Origin: an uncultured Alphaproteobacteria bacterium
Lineage (GTDB): Bacteria > Pseudomonadota > Alphaproteobacteria > Sphingomonadales > Sphingomonadaceae
Direction of reading: 5' to 3'
Assembly: GCA_963740775.1 (NCBI GenBank)
Contig: CAVUFE010000007.1
Location: forward strand, 183,148 to 247,147
DNA: 64,000 bases
Position numbers and translations under genes: made by a program. Positions 51,749 through 61,986 of this stretch are shown piece after piece (the first letter of the stretch is position 1; every line of letters begins with the position of its first letter). Under the pieces are notes generated by a model. That model searched no databases. It was given only the letters and a program-made list of their open reading frames with translations, and had not been told where the DNA came from.

Positions 51749-53270
51749 GCAAATATGCCTTGCAGGAACCATCGAGGCTCAGCCTGCTCGACGCCGGCCA
51801 TGCCATGCCGAAACAGCCAGTATCGCCGTCCGCGAACGTCCTCGACACGGTAATAGTCGCGCGTCAGGCCGCCTTTGCCGGGTTGTTCGCCGGCCAGGCG
51901 TGTCCACCATTCGGCGGCGATGCGCTCGGGGCCTTCGACGCGCGCGATTGGATGGATGTGGCGACGCCAACGAAACTCGTGGGGTGGACTGGCCCGATCT
52001 ATGGTCATCACTTCAACCCGCTCGGGAGGGTCGAACAGGTGCAAGGGACGCAGTGGCGGTTCATCGTCCTCTGCGACCGGGAAGTCGGCGGGCTGGCGCG
52101 GGGCGATGGCGGGCAGAGCGAGTTGGGCCTGCTCGGGAATATGCGTGTTCGCCGGAGCAAGCCGATTGACGCTTTTCGGGCCTTAGTCGGGTGCTCAACC
52201 GATCGACCAGCGCGTCGGTCGATTCACACGATTCACAACTGCCAATCAGATCCTGGGAAACGCTGGCAAGCGGTTCGCACGCGTCCACCCCCAGCCGGAT
52301 GATGTCGAAACCAAAACCGGGATCGAGCGGGTCGGCCAGGGCTTCGAGGCGTTCGTCGAACAATTTGGCGATCGCCTTGGCATCACGCACCGGGCGACCG
52401 GTTTCCACCGACAGTGAGCGAACGTCGCCGTCGCTACGATACAAAGTGGCACTGAGCGACCTTGCCCCTTCACCCCGGCGTTCGAGTTCGGCGCAGGTTT
52501 CACCCATAAGATCGCGCAATGACGTCAGAATATCGTCCAATCCGCGCAACGGGTTCGGCAAAGCGGCGAATGGCAAAGATGGGGGGCGGCACGCGGCGCG
52601 GCGTAATGCGCGAGTCTTCCTCACCAGTGATGCGCAAAAGACGAAACAGCAGATCTGCGCCAAAGCGTGCGGCCAGCGCGCTCCGCGGGCGGGCGGCAAC
52701 GGCACCAACGGTTTTCAGGCCGGCACGTTGTAAAGCCAGTTGCGACTTCGCGGATATGCCCAGCGCGGCGACGGGCAGTGCCGCAATCGTGGCAATGCCG
52801 AAACGGGCACGCGCCATGGCCATTTCGGGAGTTGAGCCGATACCGTCACGCGCGGTGAGGCCAAGACGCGTCAAGCGCGCAACGACATCGGAAACGACGA
52901 TATCGGCCGCGAGGCACCCGGTCAGGTCGAGCGTCAGACCATCACGGCCATTGATTTCAACCATCGGGCTATAACGGTCGCAACCATCGGCCAACCATTC
53001 GAGCAGCGCGTGATCTTCGTGCGGTGCATCGTCTTGGACGATGATCTGAGGCAGCAACGCGCGCGCATTGGCGAGCGTCATGCCGATATTCAGCCCCGAT
53101 CGCGCCGCCACTTCACTGATCTGGGCAATGCGCACGGCGTTGGCATGGCGTTCGACCGTGGCGACCGGCTTGTCAGATGGCGCGGCGCCATCCCGGATCA
53201 GGCGCTCTGTGGACAGATACGGGAACCATAGCGCCAGGAAGATGCGGGTCGCGGAAAAATCGATTGTCAC
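51745..53270 (-). CDS. imuB: ImuB, inactive Y-family polymerase; several frameshifts
   Basis: LALWFP, GMTLANARAL, RYSPMV, LDPGFGFD, EGPERIAAEWW, RDYYRVED, WFLQGIFA. Confidence 0.9.
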
Positions 53271-53904
53271 GGTTCCACTCCAGCTTTGCGGCGAAACCGG
53301 GACGTCCGGCGCGATCGCGCAGCAATTCGATTGAGAAACAGGGATGCCCGGGGGCATCGGCAAGAAGGGGCAGGGACGGCGCGCTGCCGATCCGCCAGCG
53401 CGTCCACGCGGCACTGGGTTCGGGTACGGCATTGGCGCGGACGAGCAGTGCCTTGACGCCAGAACGTTCGGCAGCAAGATTCAGGCGGCGGGTGGCGGTC
53501 AGGTCGAGAGCGGGCGTACGTCCCCATGTCTCGATAAATACAATACCGACTCCGCTGCAGCGCAGGCAATCTACCGCAGCCTTGAGTAGCGATTTGTCGT
53601 CGGGTGTTGTGACCAGCACGAGTTGGGCAGGATCAATGCCAAGCTGGATCAGGCCAGGCGCGTAGACATATCCGCCCTGACGCCGTGCACGATCGTCGCG
53701 CAGCCAAATCAATGGTTTGGTCGTGGGATTGGCGAGCAAGGCGAAAGCGGCGGCGCTAGCTACCTGATTTTCCTCAGCGGCAAATTCGTGAAGCGCGATC
53801 TTGGCAAGCGACGCGGCAATGCGATCGGCCGGACCCTGAGGGCGCGGGACGTCAATGGCCGCAGGCGTGGCTGGCCCGGGCGCAGAAGGGAGCGCGTGAA
53901 TCAT
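53173..53904 (-). CDS. imuA: ImuA (RecA-like) protein
   Basis: LHEF, YAPGLIQLGIDP, DLTATRRLNLAAE, SAAWTRWRI, ELLRDR; first gene of the cassette. Confidence 0.85.
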   Translation of the reverse strand: MIHALPSAPGPATPAAIDVPRPQGPADRIAASLAKIALHEFAAEENQVASAAAFALLANPTTKPLIWLRDDRARRQGGYVYAPGLIQLGIDPAQLVLVTTPDDKSLLKAAVDCLRCSGVGIVFIETWGRTPALDLTATRRLNLAAERSGVKALLVRANAVPEPSAAWTRWRIGSAPSLPLLADAPGHPCFSIELLRDRAGRPGFAAKLEWNRDNRFFRDPHLPGAMVPVSVHRAPDPGWRRAI

Positions 53905-53905
53905 A

Positions 53906-53920
53906 GTTCGTGGTTTGTTC
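53906..53920. promoter_or_regulatory. Alphaproteobacterial LexA (SOS) box
   Basis: Exact GTTC-N7-GTTC (GTTCgtggtttGTTC), 1 nt from the imuA ATG. Confidence 0.88.
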
Positions 53921-53945
53921 TAGTTTCGCGATGCCAACGCGAGAG

Positions 53946-54728
53946 TCAAGCGGCGGGTTGCATGTCGCGCCGAGGATCGCACGTTTTGCACCCCGGATCC
54001 TTGGGCAACCGGATGGTCCGCAGCGAGGGGGCGAGGCCGTCGATCAGGTGCAACTTGCCCGCCTGGTCTTCACCGAAGGGGTGGAGGCAGCGAACGGCTT
54101 CAAGCGCCGCCATGCTGCCGAGCCAGCCTGTCATCGCCCCCAGCACGCCCAATTCGGCGCAGGTGTCGCAATCATCGGCATCGAACGCGTCGCCGACATA
54201 ACAGCGATAGCAGGGCATCGCGGCCTCCCAGCCACGAAAGGTGCCGAGCTGGCCGTGGAACTGGCCGATGGCGGCAGATACCAGGGGAATGCGCGCCGCC
54301 CATGCGGCGTCGGCCACGGCAAGGCGGGTGGCGAAATTGTCGCGAACCGTCGATCACGACATCGGCGTTGGCGATGAGGCCGGAGGCATTTGCGCCGTCA
54401 ATGCGGACGTCGCGAACGATGATTTCGACGTCGGGATTGAGCGCGCTGAGACGTCTGCGCGCGGTTTCGGCCTTGCCCGCATCAACATCGGCAGTGGCAA
54501 ACAGGATCTGGCGCTGAAGGTTGGCGAGACTGACTTCGTCGTGCTCAATCAGCGTGATGCGGCCAATACCTGCCGCCGCCAGATAATGAACGCGGCAGGC
54601 GAGCCGATGCCGCCCGCACCGATCAGCGCGACATGGCCCGCGCGCAATTTCAACTGGCCGACGGCGCCGATCTCGCGCAGCACCATTTGGCGTGCATAGC
54701 GATCGAGCTGTGCGTCGGTGAGGCTCAC
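53946..54728 (-). CDS. moeB: HesA/MoeB/ThiF adenylyltransferase, frameshifted
   Basis: LDRYARQMVL, LIGAGGIG, NLQRQILF, PCYRC, CAELGVLG, KDPGCKTC. Confidence 0.88.
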
Positions 54729-55179
54729 CGTTGCCCGGTCGAGCCGAACCCGCCGCTGCCTCGCGCTGTTTCATCCAGTGTCATCGACTTCATCCAACAC
54801 CGCACGCTGCACGGCGGCAGGCACGAGTTGAGCGATGCGGTCGCCGCGCCGGATGGAGAAGGTTTCGCTGCCGAGGTTGGCGATGATGACCTTTACTTCG
54901 CCACGATAGTCGCTGTCGATCGTGCCGGGGGTATTCAGGCATGTCACGCCATGTTTGAGCGCCAGGCCAGAGCGGGGGCGGACCTGAACCTCATATCCTG
55001 CGGGAATGGCCATTGCGAAGCCGGTAGCAACCGCGTGACGGGCACCGGGAGCGAGATCGTGATCCTCGGCCGCGACGACATCCATCCCCGCCGCTCCAGC
55101 GGTGGCGTAAGCGGGAAGGGGCAGGCCCTTCGCCATGGGACAAGCGAAGGATTGCGATCGTGACGTCAGGCAAGCTCAT
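54725..55179 (-). CDS. dut: dUTP diphosphatase, frameshifted
   Basis: [38 protein letters not shown]. Confidence 0.93.
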
Positions 55180-56345
55180 GGGCAATCCGTTCGGCGAGTT
55201 GTTCGGCAACCGCGTCCTTGCCCATCCGCGCCCAGCTTTCCACCCCGTCGCGGGTAACGATATGGACGCGGTTGGTCTCGCCGCCCATCGGGTCGGCGGA
55301 GACATCGTTAGCGACGATCCAGTCGCAGCCCTTGCGCGCGAGTTTGGCCTGCGCATGGGCGACGACGTTTTCGGTTTCCGCCGCGAAACCGATGAGCAAC
55401 TGCGGACGAGACGGGCTTTTGGCGAGGCCCGGCGAGGATGTCGGGATTCTCGACGAGCTGAAGCGTGGGCGGGCCGGCGGGGCCTTTCTTGATCTTTTGG
55501 TCAGTCGCCTCGACGCGCCAGTCTGCAACGGCGGCGACCATCACTGCGGCATCGGCCGGCAGTGCGGCATCGACGGCAGCGGCCATTTCGCGCGCTGTCT
55601 GCACGTCGATGCGCGTTACGTCGGAAGGTGTCGAAAGATCGACCGGGCCGGCAATCAGCGTGACATGCGCGCCCGCTCTCGCCAAGGCGGCGGCAATCGC
55701 GAAACCCTGTTTCCCCGAGCTGCGATTGGCGAGGTAGCGCACGGGGTCGATCGGCTCGTGCGTCGGGCCGGCGGTCACGAGGATGTGCTTGCCGGCCAGG
55801 CTCACTGCGTCAGCGCGGCCTGGATCGCGTCATGGATCGCTTGCGGGTCGGGCAGGCGGCCGGGCCCGAACTCGCCGCAAGCCATCTCGCCTTCGTCGGG
55901 CTCGAGGATCGTCACGCCATCGGTACGCAACTGCGCGACGTTGCGGCGGGTGGCGGCATGCTGCCACATCCGCACGTTCATTGCGGGTGCGGCGAGTACC
56001 GGCTTGTCGGTGGCGAGAAGCAGGGTGGTGGCGAGATCGTCGGCGATGCCCATAGCCATTTTCGCCAGCAGGTCGGCGGTGGCTGGCGCAACGACGACAA
56101 GATCGGCTTCGCGGCTGAGCTGGATATGGCCCATCTCGGCCTCGTCCTTCAGATCCCACAGACTGGTGTGAACCGGCTGTTCACTGAGCGCGGCGAGTGA
56201 CAGTCGGCGTGACGAACTGCGCGCCGCCCGCGGTCAGGACGCAGCGCACGCTGCCGCCGCCCTTGCGGATCAGGCGGACGAGTTCGAGCGCCTTGTAGGC
56301 GGCGATGCCGCCGCCGACGATCAGGAGGATCCGTTTGCCCGGCAC
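55166..56345 (-). CDS. coaBC: Phosphopantothenoylcysteine decarboxylase/ligase CoaBC (frameshifted, or split at 55802-55805)
   Basis: [58 protein letters not shown]. Confidence 0.92.
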
Positions 56346-57894
56346 GACGTCAGTGCTAGGACCAGCGTGGCCACCACGCCAGCCGCGCCCGCGATCAGTG
56401 CGGTGAGGGCGTAGCCCAGCCAGCCCTTGCCGACGTCGGAGCTGACAATGTTGACCGGGACCAGCGGCAGTTCGGGCGGGGCGCCGCCGGCTGGCGGAAA
56501 GCGGGCTTCGATGCGCCGGACCAGGTCGGGCAGGCGCGCGAGGGTTTTGACATCCTCGACCAGGCGGTCGGCCAGTTTCGGCTTCGGGGCCAAGTTCGTC
56601 GCGAATCCAGCCGCGCACCAGCGGCTCAGAAATTTCCCACATGTTGATGTCGGGATCGAGCAGCGGTCGCGACGCCCTCGACCATCACCATCGTCTTTTG
56701 CAGCAGCAACAGATGCGGCTGCGTGACCATGTCGAAATCGCGGGTGATCGCGAACAGGCTGTCGAGCATGTTGCCGATCGACATGTCCTTGACCGACAGG
56801 CCGCGCATCGGCTCCCCGACGCTGCGCAGCGCGGTGGCGAAGTCGGCGACATTATGATGCGCGGGGACGTATTGTGCCTCGAAATGGATTTCGGCGACGC
56901 GGCGATAATTGCCGGTGATCAGGCCGTAGAGGATCTCGGCCAGCCACTGCCGCGCGCGCTTGTCGATCCGGCCCATGATGCCGAAATCGATCGCAACGAG
57001 ATCGCCCGTCACCGTCGCCATCAGATTGCCCTGATGCATGTCGGCGTGGAAGAAGCCGTCGGCGATCGCCTGTCGCAGGAAGGCATGGACCAGACGGCGG
57101 GCCAGATCTTTCCGGTCAAGCCCGGCAGCATCCAGTGCGGCGATGTCCGACAGCTTGATGCCGTCGATCCATTCGAGTGTCAGGATGCTGCGCGACGTGC
57201 GCTGCCAGTCAATCAAGGGAATGCGGAAGCCGGGCTCCGCGGTCATACCCTCGGCGAGTTCGGAGGCCGATGCGGCTTCGCGGCGCAGGTCGAGCTCGCG
57301 CATCGTCCACTGGCGGAAGGTGGCGATGGTCAGTCGCGGGCGCAGGCGGGCGAACTCGCCGCCGGCACCTTCGAGCTGCGCCGCCGCCCAGTCATAGGTG
57401 GCAAGATCGCGCGCAAAGATCTCGGGGATGCCGGGGCGGAGCACCTTGACCGCGACGGTGGTGCCTTCGGTCGTCACTGCGCGGTGGACCTGCGCGATCG
57501 AGGCGGCGCCGACCGGCTGTTCCTCGATCGAGGAGAACACACTGGACAAGGGCACGCCAAGCCCGCGTTCGATGGCTGCGCAGATCGTGGCAAAGGGCAG
57601 CGCGGGCAGCCGGTCCTGCAATTGCAGCAGGTCGGCTGCAGCCTCTTCGCCGACGATGTCGGGTCGCGTGGCCAGCGTCTGGCCGAGCTTTATCGCCGCC
57701 GGGCCGATAGCCTGAAACGCGGCGGCGTAGCGCGGCCGCTTTGGCGCGAACGTCCCCAGACGGGCGAGGCGCAGCAGGCGCCGCACACGCGGGGGCGTGT
57801 TGGGGTCACGCTCCAGCCCCCGCAACGCCCCATGGCGGGCGAGCGTGCGGCCCCATTTCCACAGCCGCCAGCCATGGGTCGCGGCTGAGGTCAA
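56321..57894 (-). CDS. ubiB: Ubiquinone biosynthesis kinase-like protein UbiB, frameshifted near the 3' end
   Basis: GPAAIKLGQ, AASIAQVH, VAVKVLRP, FFHADMHQGN, IDFGIMG; TTG start. Confidence 0.93.
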
Positions 57895-58624
57895 ACCTTC
57901 CAGCCGCTGTGGATGGCGACCAGCGCCGCCGAGGATCGGCTCGACCCTGGTCTGTGCAAAGCCCGCATCGCGGATCATGCCTTCGAACTTGGGCATGTCG
58001 GGGAAGCGGCGGATCGATTCGATGAGGTAGCGATAGCTGTCGCGCATCGCCCGCGATCATCTGGCCGATCCTGGGGACGAGCTTGTGCGAATAGGCGTCG
58101 TAGACATCGCCGAAGCCGGGCCAGACGGTGGTCGAGAATTCGAGGCAGAAGAAACGTCCGCCGAATTTCAGCACACGGTGCGCCTCACGCAACGCCGCGG
58201 GAATGTCAGTCACGTTCCGGATGCCAAAAGCGATGGTGTAGGCGTCGAAGCTGCGATCAGGATAGGTCAGCTTTTCGGCATTGGCCTCGGTCCAGACCAA
58301 GCCGTCGATGCCGCGTTCCGCCGCACGATCGATGCCGACAGCGAGCATTTCGGCATTGATGTCCGCAACGGTGATCGCGGCGCCGGATCCGGCCATGCGA
58401 AAGGCGATGTCGCCCGTGCCGCCGGCCATATCGAGGATGTATTCGCCCTGACGCGGTTTGACGCGCGCGACGAACTGGTCCTTCCACAGCCGGTGCATCC
58501 CGCCCGACATGGCATCGTTCATCCGGTCGTAATTGCGCGCCACATTGGAGAAGACTTCCCCGACGCGCGCAGTCTTTTCAGTTGCGGGGATGTCTTCGTA
58601 ACCGAAGGAGACGGTGTCGGGCAT
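57891..58624 (-). CDS. ubiE: Ubiquinone/menaquinone C-methyltransferase, frameshifted near the 3' end
   Basis: YDRMNDAMSGGMHRLWK, LDMAGGTGDIA, AFGIRNV, CLEFS, YRYLIESIRRFP. Confidence 0.94.
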
Positions 58625-58689
58625 GGCGGGCCATTAGGGCGGAATTGCGCCGCGGCAAAGCCGCGTCGTCGGTCCTCGCCTTGCGAGAG

Positions 58690-58774
58690 TGGTGCGGGCG
58701 GTGGGAATCGAACCCACACTCCTTGCGGAACCGGATTTTGAGTCCGGCGCGTCTACCAATTCCACCACGCCCGC
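58690..58774 (-). tRNA. tRNA-Leu (anticodon CAA)
   Basis: GCGGGCGTGGTGGAATTGGTAGACGCGCCGGACTCAAAATCCGGTTCCGCAAGGAGTGTGGGTTCGATTCCCACCGCCCGCACCA; long variable arm. Confidence 0.97.
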
Positions 58775-58823
58775 GTAGCGGAGGCGCGCCTAGCAATCGC
58801 ATCGCCGCCACGCAACCGCGTGG

Positions 58824-58848
58824 TGTTCCTGCACGTCCGGCAGGAACA
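58824..58848. repeat. REP-like inverted repeat
   Basis: tgttcctgc-acgtccg-gcaggaaca, perfect 9-bp stem without a T-tail. Confidence 0.55.
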
Positions 58849-58903
58849 GCGCGACGGAAAGCTGATCGACTGAATAAGGGGGCAGAGGCGCCGCGAGAGG
58901 TGA

Positions 58904-59332
58904 TCAGCTATACTCGTTCCGCGCGGGGAGAAGGCTGACGACTGCACCGACAACAATGACATTTACCGCTGTAAGGATCGTCCAGAACGACGTCGCATAG
59001 CGACCCCAGCTGTAGTGGCCTACGAGCTGGTTTGTCAGCAGCGCGATCAACGCAAAGCCGAAAATTGTAATTAGCCACCAGCCAGAGTGCCCGCGGCTAT
59101 GGAGCCGCCTCACGCAGAGCGCGCAGTTCGGAATCCACAGCAAACCCGTGGCTATGAGCGAGACCGGTTCATGAATTGTCGTGATCGACCGCGCCAAATC
59201 GTCGCCAATGACGATTGCGATACCGATCAACAGGGTGAGCAGAGAGAAAAGCCAGAATTCCTTCAGAGACGACTGTCCCGCGAAATCTCCATAATGCCGG
59301 AGCGGACGAATTATGAGCCGCAGTTTGCTCAT
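58904..59332 (-). CDS. DUF805 (YhaH-like) inner membrane protein
   Basis: YGDFAGQSSLKEFWLF and LCVRRLHSRGHSGWW motifs; several TM segments. Confidence 0.75.
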   Translation of the reverse strand: MSKLRLIIRPLRHYGDFAGQSSLKEFWLFSLLTLLIGIAIVIGDDLARSITTIHEPVSLIATGLLWIPNCALCVRRLHSRGHSGWWLITIFGFALIALLTNQLVGHYSWGRYATSFWTILTAVNVIVVGAVVSLLPARNEYS

Positions 59333-60840
59333 CAGTTGCGCGGTGCTTGTCGACGATAGCTGAGCGCCTCGGCGATATGGATGCGGCCCACGGTCTGGGT
59401 GCCTGCCAAGTCGGCGATGGTGCGCGCTACGCGGAGGATACGGGTATATCCGCGCGCAGACAGGCGCATCGCTTCGCTTGCTTGCGCCAGAAGTTTGCTG
59501 CCCGCTTCGTCGGGTGTGCAGTGCGCCTCGAGCACCGCGCCGTCGGCTTCGGCGTTGGTGCGCGGCCCGTCGGGGCCATAGCGCGCGGTCTGAATGCGGC
59601 GCGCGGCTTCGACCCGGGCACGAACTTCGGCGGACCCTTCGCTGGGTGGCGGCAGGGTGAGGTCGGCGGCGCTGACTGCGGGAACGTCAACATGCAAGTC
59701 GATGCGGTCAAGCATCGGGCCGCTGACCTTGGCCTGATAGTCCGCGGCGCATTTGGGCGCGCGCGAACAGGCGAGCGCGGCATCGCCCAGATGCCCGCAG
59801 CGGCACGGGTTCATCGCCGCGACAAGCTGGACCCGGGCCGGAAAGGTCACATGCGCGTTGGCACGCGCGACGGTAACGTTGCCGGTCTCGAGCGGCTGGC
59901 GCAACGAATTGAGCACGGTGCGCTGAAATTCGGGCAATTCGTCGAGGAACAGGATGCCGAGGTGCGCCATGCTGACCTCACCGGGCCGAACCTTCAGGCC
60001 ACCACCGGTGAGCGCGGCCATCGACGCCGAATGATGCGGGCTGCGAAACGGCCGGGTGCGCACCAGCCGCCCGCCCGACAATTCGCCCGCGACCGATTGC
60101 ACCATCGACACTTCGAGCGCCTCTTGCGGCGTCAGCTCTGGCAAGATGCCCGGCATACATGCCGCCATCAGTGATTTTCCCGCGCCCGGCGGACCGACCA
60201 TCAGCAGATTATGTCCGCCCGCCGCTGCGATCTCCAGCGCGCGTTTGGCCGTTTCCTGTCCCTTGACTTGAGCCAGGTCGGGGCCGTGTGCACGAACTTC
60301 GACCTCGCCAGCGGGAGCGGGGGGCAGCAGCCGCGACCCTTTAAAATGGTTGAGCAGAGGGAGAAGCCCTGGTGCCGCGACGACTTCGACATTGCCCGCC
60401 CACGCGGCTTCGGGGCCCTGCACTTCGGGACAGACCAGCCCACGCCCGGTTTCCGCCGCGTGCATCGCCGCCAGCAGCACACCGGGCGACGCGCCGACCC
60501 GCCCGTCGAGACCCAGTTCGCCGACGCAGACATAGCCGCTCAGTGTCTCGGCATCGACGACGCCCATCGCCGCGAGCACCGCCAACGCGATCGGCAGGTC
60601 GAAATGGCTGCCTTCCTTGGGCAAATCGGCGGGCGACAGGTTGATGGTAACGCGCTTGGGCGGCAGCGACAGGCCGATCGCGGCAATCGCCGCGCGGACA
60701 CGCTCGCGCCCTTCCTGCGCCGCCTTGTCGGGGAGTCCGACGACGATGAAGCCAGGCACGCCAGGAACGAGGTTACACTGCACCTCCACGCCGCGCGCCT
60801 CGAGTCCGAGATAGGCAACCGTCGGTACCGTCGCGACCAT
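59332..60840 (-). CDS. comM: ComM/YifB Mg-chelatase-like AAA ATPase
   Basis: VGLPDKA, INLSPADLPKEGSHFDLPIA, GPPGAGKS, LFLDELPEF, AAMNPC. Confidence 0.92.
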   Translation of the reverse strand: MVATVPTVAYLGLEARGVEVQCNLVPGVPGFIVVGLPDKAAQEGRERVRAAIAAIGLSLPPKRVTINLSPADLPKEGSHFDLPIALAVLAAMGVVDAETLSGYVCVGELGLDGRVGASPGVLLAAMHAAETGRGLVCPEVQGPEAAWAGNVEVVAAPGLLPLLNHFKGSRLLPPAPAGEVEVRAHGPDLAQVKGQETAKRALEIAAAGGHNLLMVGPPGAGKSLMAACMPGILPELTPQEALEVSMVQSVAGELSGGRLVRTRPFRSPHHSASMAALTGGGLKVRPGEVSMAHLGILFLDELPEFQRTVLNSLRQPLETGNVTVARANAHVTFPARVQLVAAMNPCRCGHLGDAALACSRAPKCAADYQAKVSGPMLDRIDLHVDVPAVSAADLTLPPPSEGSAEVRARVEAARRIQTARYGPDGPRTNAEADGAVLEAHCTPDEAGSKLLAQASEAMRLSARGYTRILRVARTIADLAGTQTVGRIHIAEALSYRRQAPRN

Positions 60841-60918
60841 GAATGCTTCCCCCTTTGTTCCTTCCGTCTTGGCGGTGCCGTCTTGCCTTTGCAACACGCC
60901 TCTCCCACATCGTGCCGA

Positions 60919-61245
60919 ATGAAGGACGGGATGCGACGGCGCTGGCGCAAGTTCGAGACGAGCGATGGCGGTCGTCTGACGATGGTCGTCGCCGGGATCT
61001 TTCTGATGATCATTTCGCCGATCATCGGCGCGTTGCCCGGGCCTGGTTTCATCATCGTGTTCCCATTGGGGCTGGGCATGACGCTCAAATATTCGCGCTG
61101 GGCCAAGCGCAAATACGTCCATTTCAAACGCCGTTGGCCCAAGCATGGCAGCTGGGTCGATTGGGGCCTGCGTCGCGCATCGGCCAAGCGCCGGGCCGAA
61201 CTGGAGAAGGCGTCCCTGGCACCTTCGATTGACTCTGGCACCTGA
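60919..61245 (+). CDS. Small membrane protein (PGPGW family)
   Basis: TM hairpin around IGALPGPGFII, basic tail. Confidence 0.7.
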   Translation: MKDGMRRRWRKFETSDGGRLTMVVAGIFLMIISPIIGALPGPGFIIVFPLGLGMTLKYSRWAKRKYVHFKRRWPKHGSWVDWGLRRASAKRRAELEKASLAPSIDSGT

Positions 61246-61316
61246 TTCCGGCATGAGCGCCCCTAACGGGTCGTCCGCAGGGGCGGCCTTTTCTTATTCA
61301 ATCGAAGGCCCGACCG

Positions 61317-61451
61317 ATGAAGCGCACGTTCCAGCCCAGCAACCTCGTCCGCGCGCGTCGCCACGGGTTTCGTCATCGCATGTCGACGGTCGGCGGTCGC
61401 TCTGTGATCCGCGCGCGTCGCAATCGCGGCCGCAAGAAGCTCAGCGCCTGA
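61317..61451 (+). CDS. rpmH: 50S ribosomal protein L34
   Basis: Manual translation [44 protein letters not shown]. Confidence 0.97.
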   Translation: MKRTFQPSNLVRARRHGFRHRMSTVGGRSVIRARRNRGRKKLSA

Positions 61452-61756
61452 AGACGATTTCTCGCCGCGCGGATTTTCTCGCGGCGAACAAGGGCCGGCG
61501 GCGGGTTACGCCGGGCTTCATTCTGATTACGCACGTACGTGACGGCGATGCCGAAGCACGCGTCGGCTTTACCGTGACCAAGAAAATCGGCAACGCGGTC
61601 GTACGAAACCGCATGAAGCGTCGTTTTCGCGCGCTGGCTCGCGAAGTTATCGCGCCCGTCGCCCAGGACCATCGCGATTATATCCTGATCGGCCGTGCGG
61701 GCGGCATCGAGCGCGATTATGCGACGCTCGCACAGGAATTGGTGGCAGCGCTGTGA
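61448..61756 (+). CDS. rnpA: RNase P protein component (start codon uncertain)
   Basis: [30 protein letters not shown] (RNR motif), DYILIGR. Confidence 0.93.
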   Translation: MKTISRRADFLAANKGRRRVTPGFILITHVRDGDAEARVGFTVTKKIGNAVVRNRMKRRFRALAREVIAPVAQDHRDYILIGRAGGIERDYATLAQELVAAL

Positions 61757-61974
61757 TCGCCCGGCTGCTCATCCTGATCGCGCGGGCCTGGCAGCTTGGC
61801 CCGTCGCGCATCCTGCCGCCGTCGTGCCGCTACACGCCGTCGTGTTCGGGCTATGCAATCGAGGCGCTGAGCCGCTATGGGGCGGCGCGTGGCGGCTGGC
61901 TGGCCGCACGGCGGCTGGCGCGGTGCCATCCATTCGGCGGGCATGGTTACGATCCCGTCCCTGAGCAGAATTGA
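61753..61974 (+). CDS. yidD: Membrane protein insertion efficiency factor
   Basis: SCRYTPSCSGYAIEAL, RCHPFGGHGYDPVP. Confidence 0.95.
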   Translation: MIARLLILIARAWQLGPSRILPPSCRYTPSCSGYAIEALSRYGAARGGWLAARRLARCHPFGGHGYDPVPEQN

Positions 61975-61986
61975 AAGGCAAGGTCT

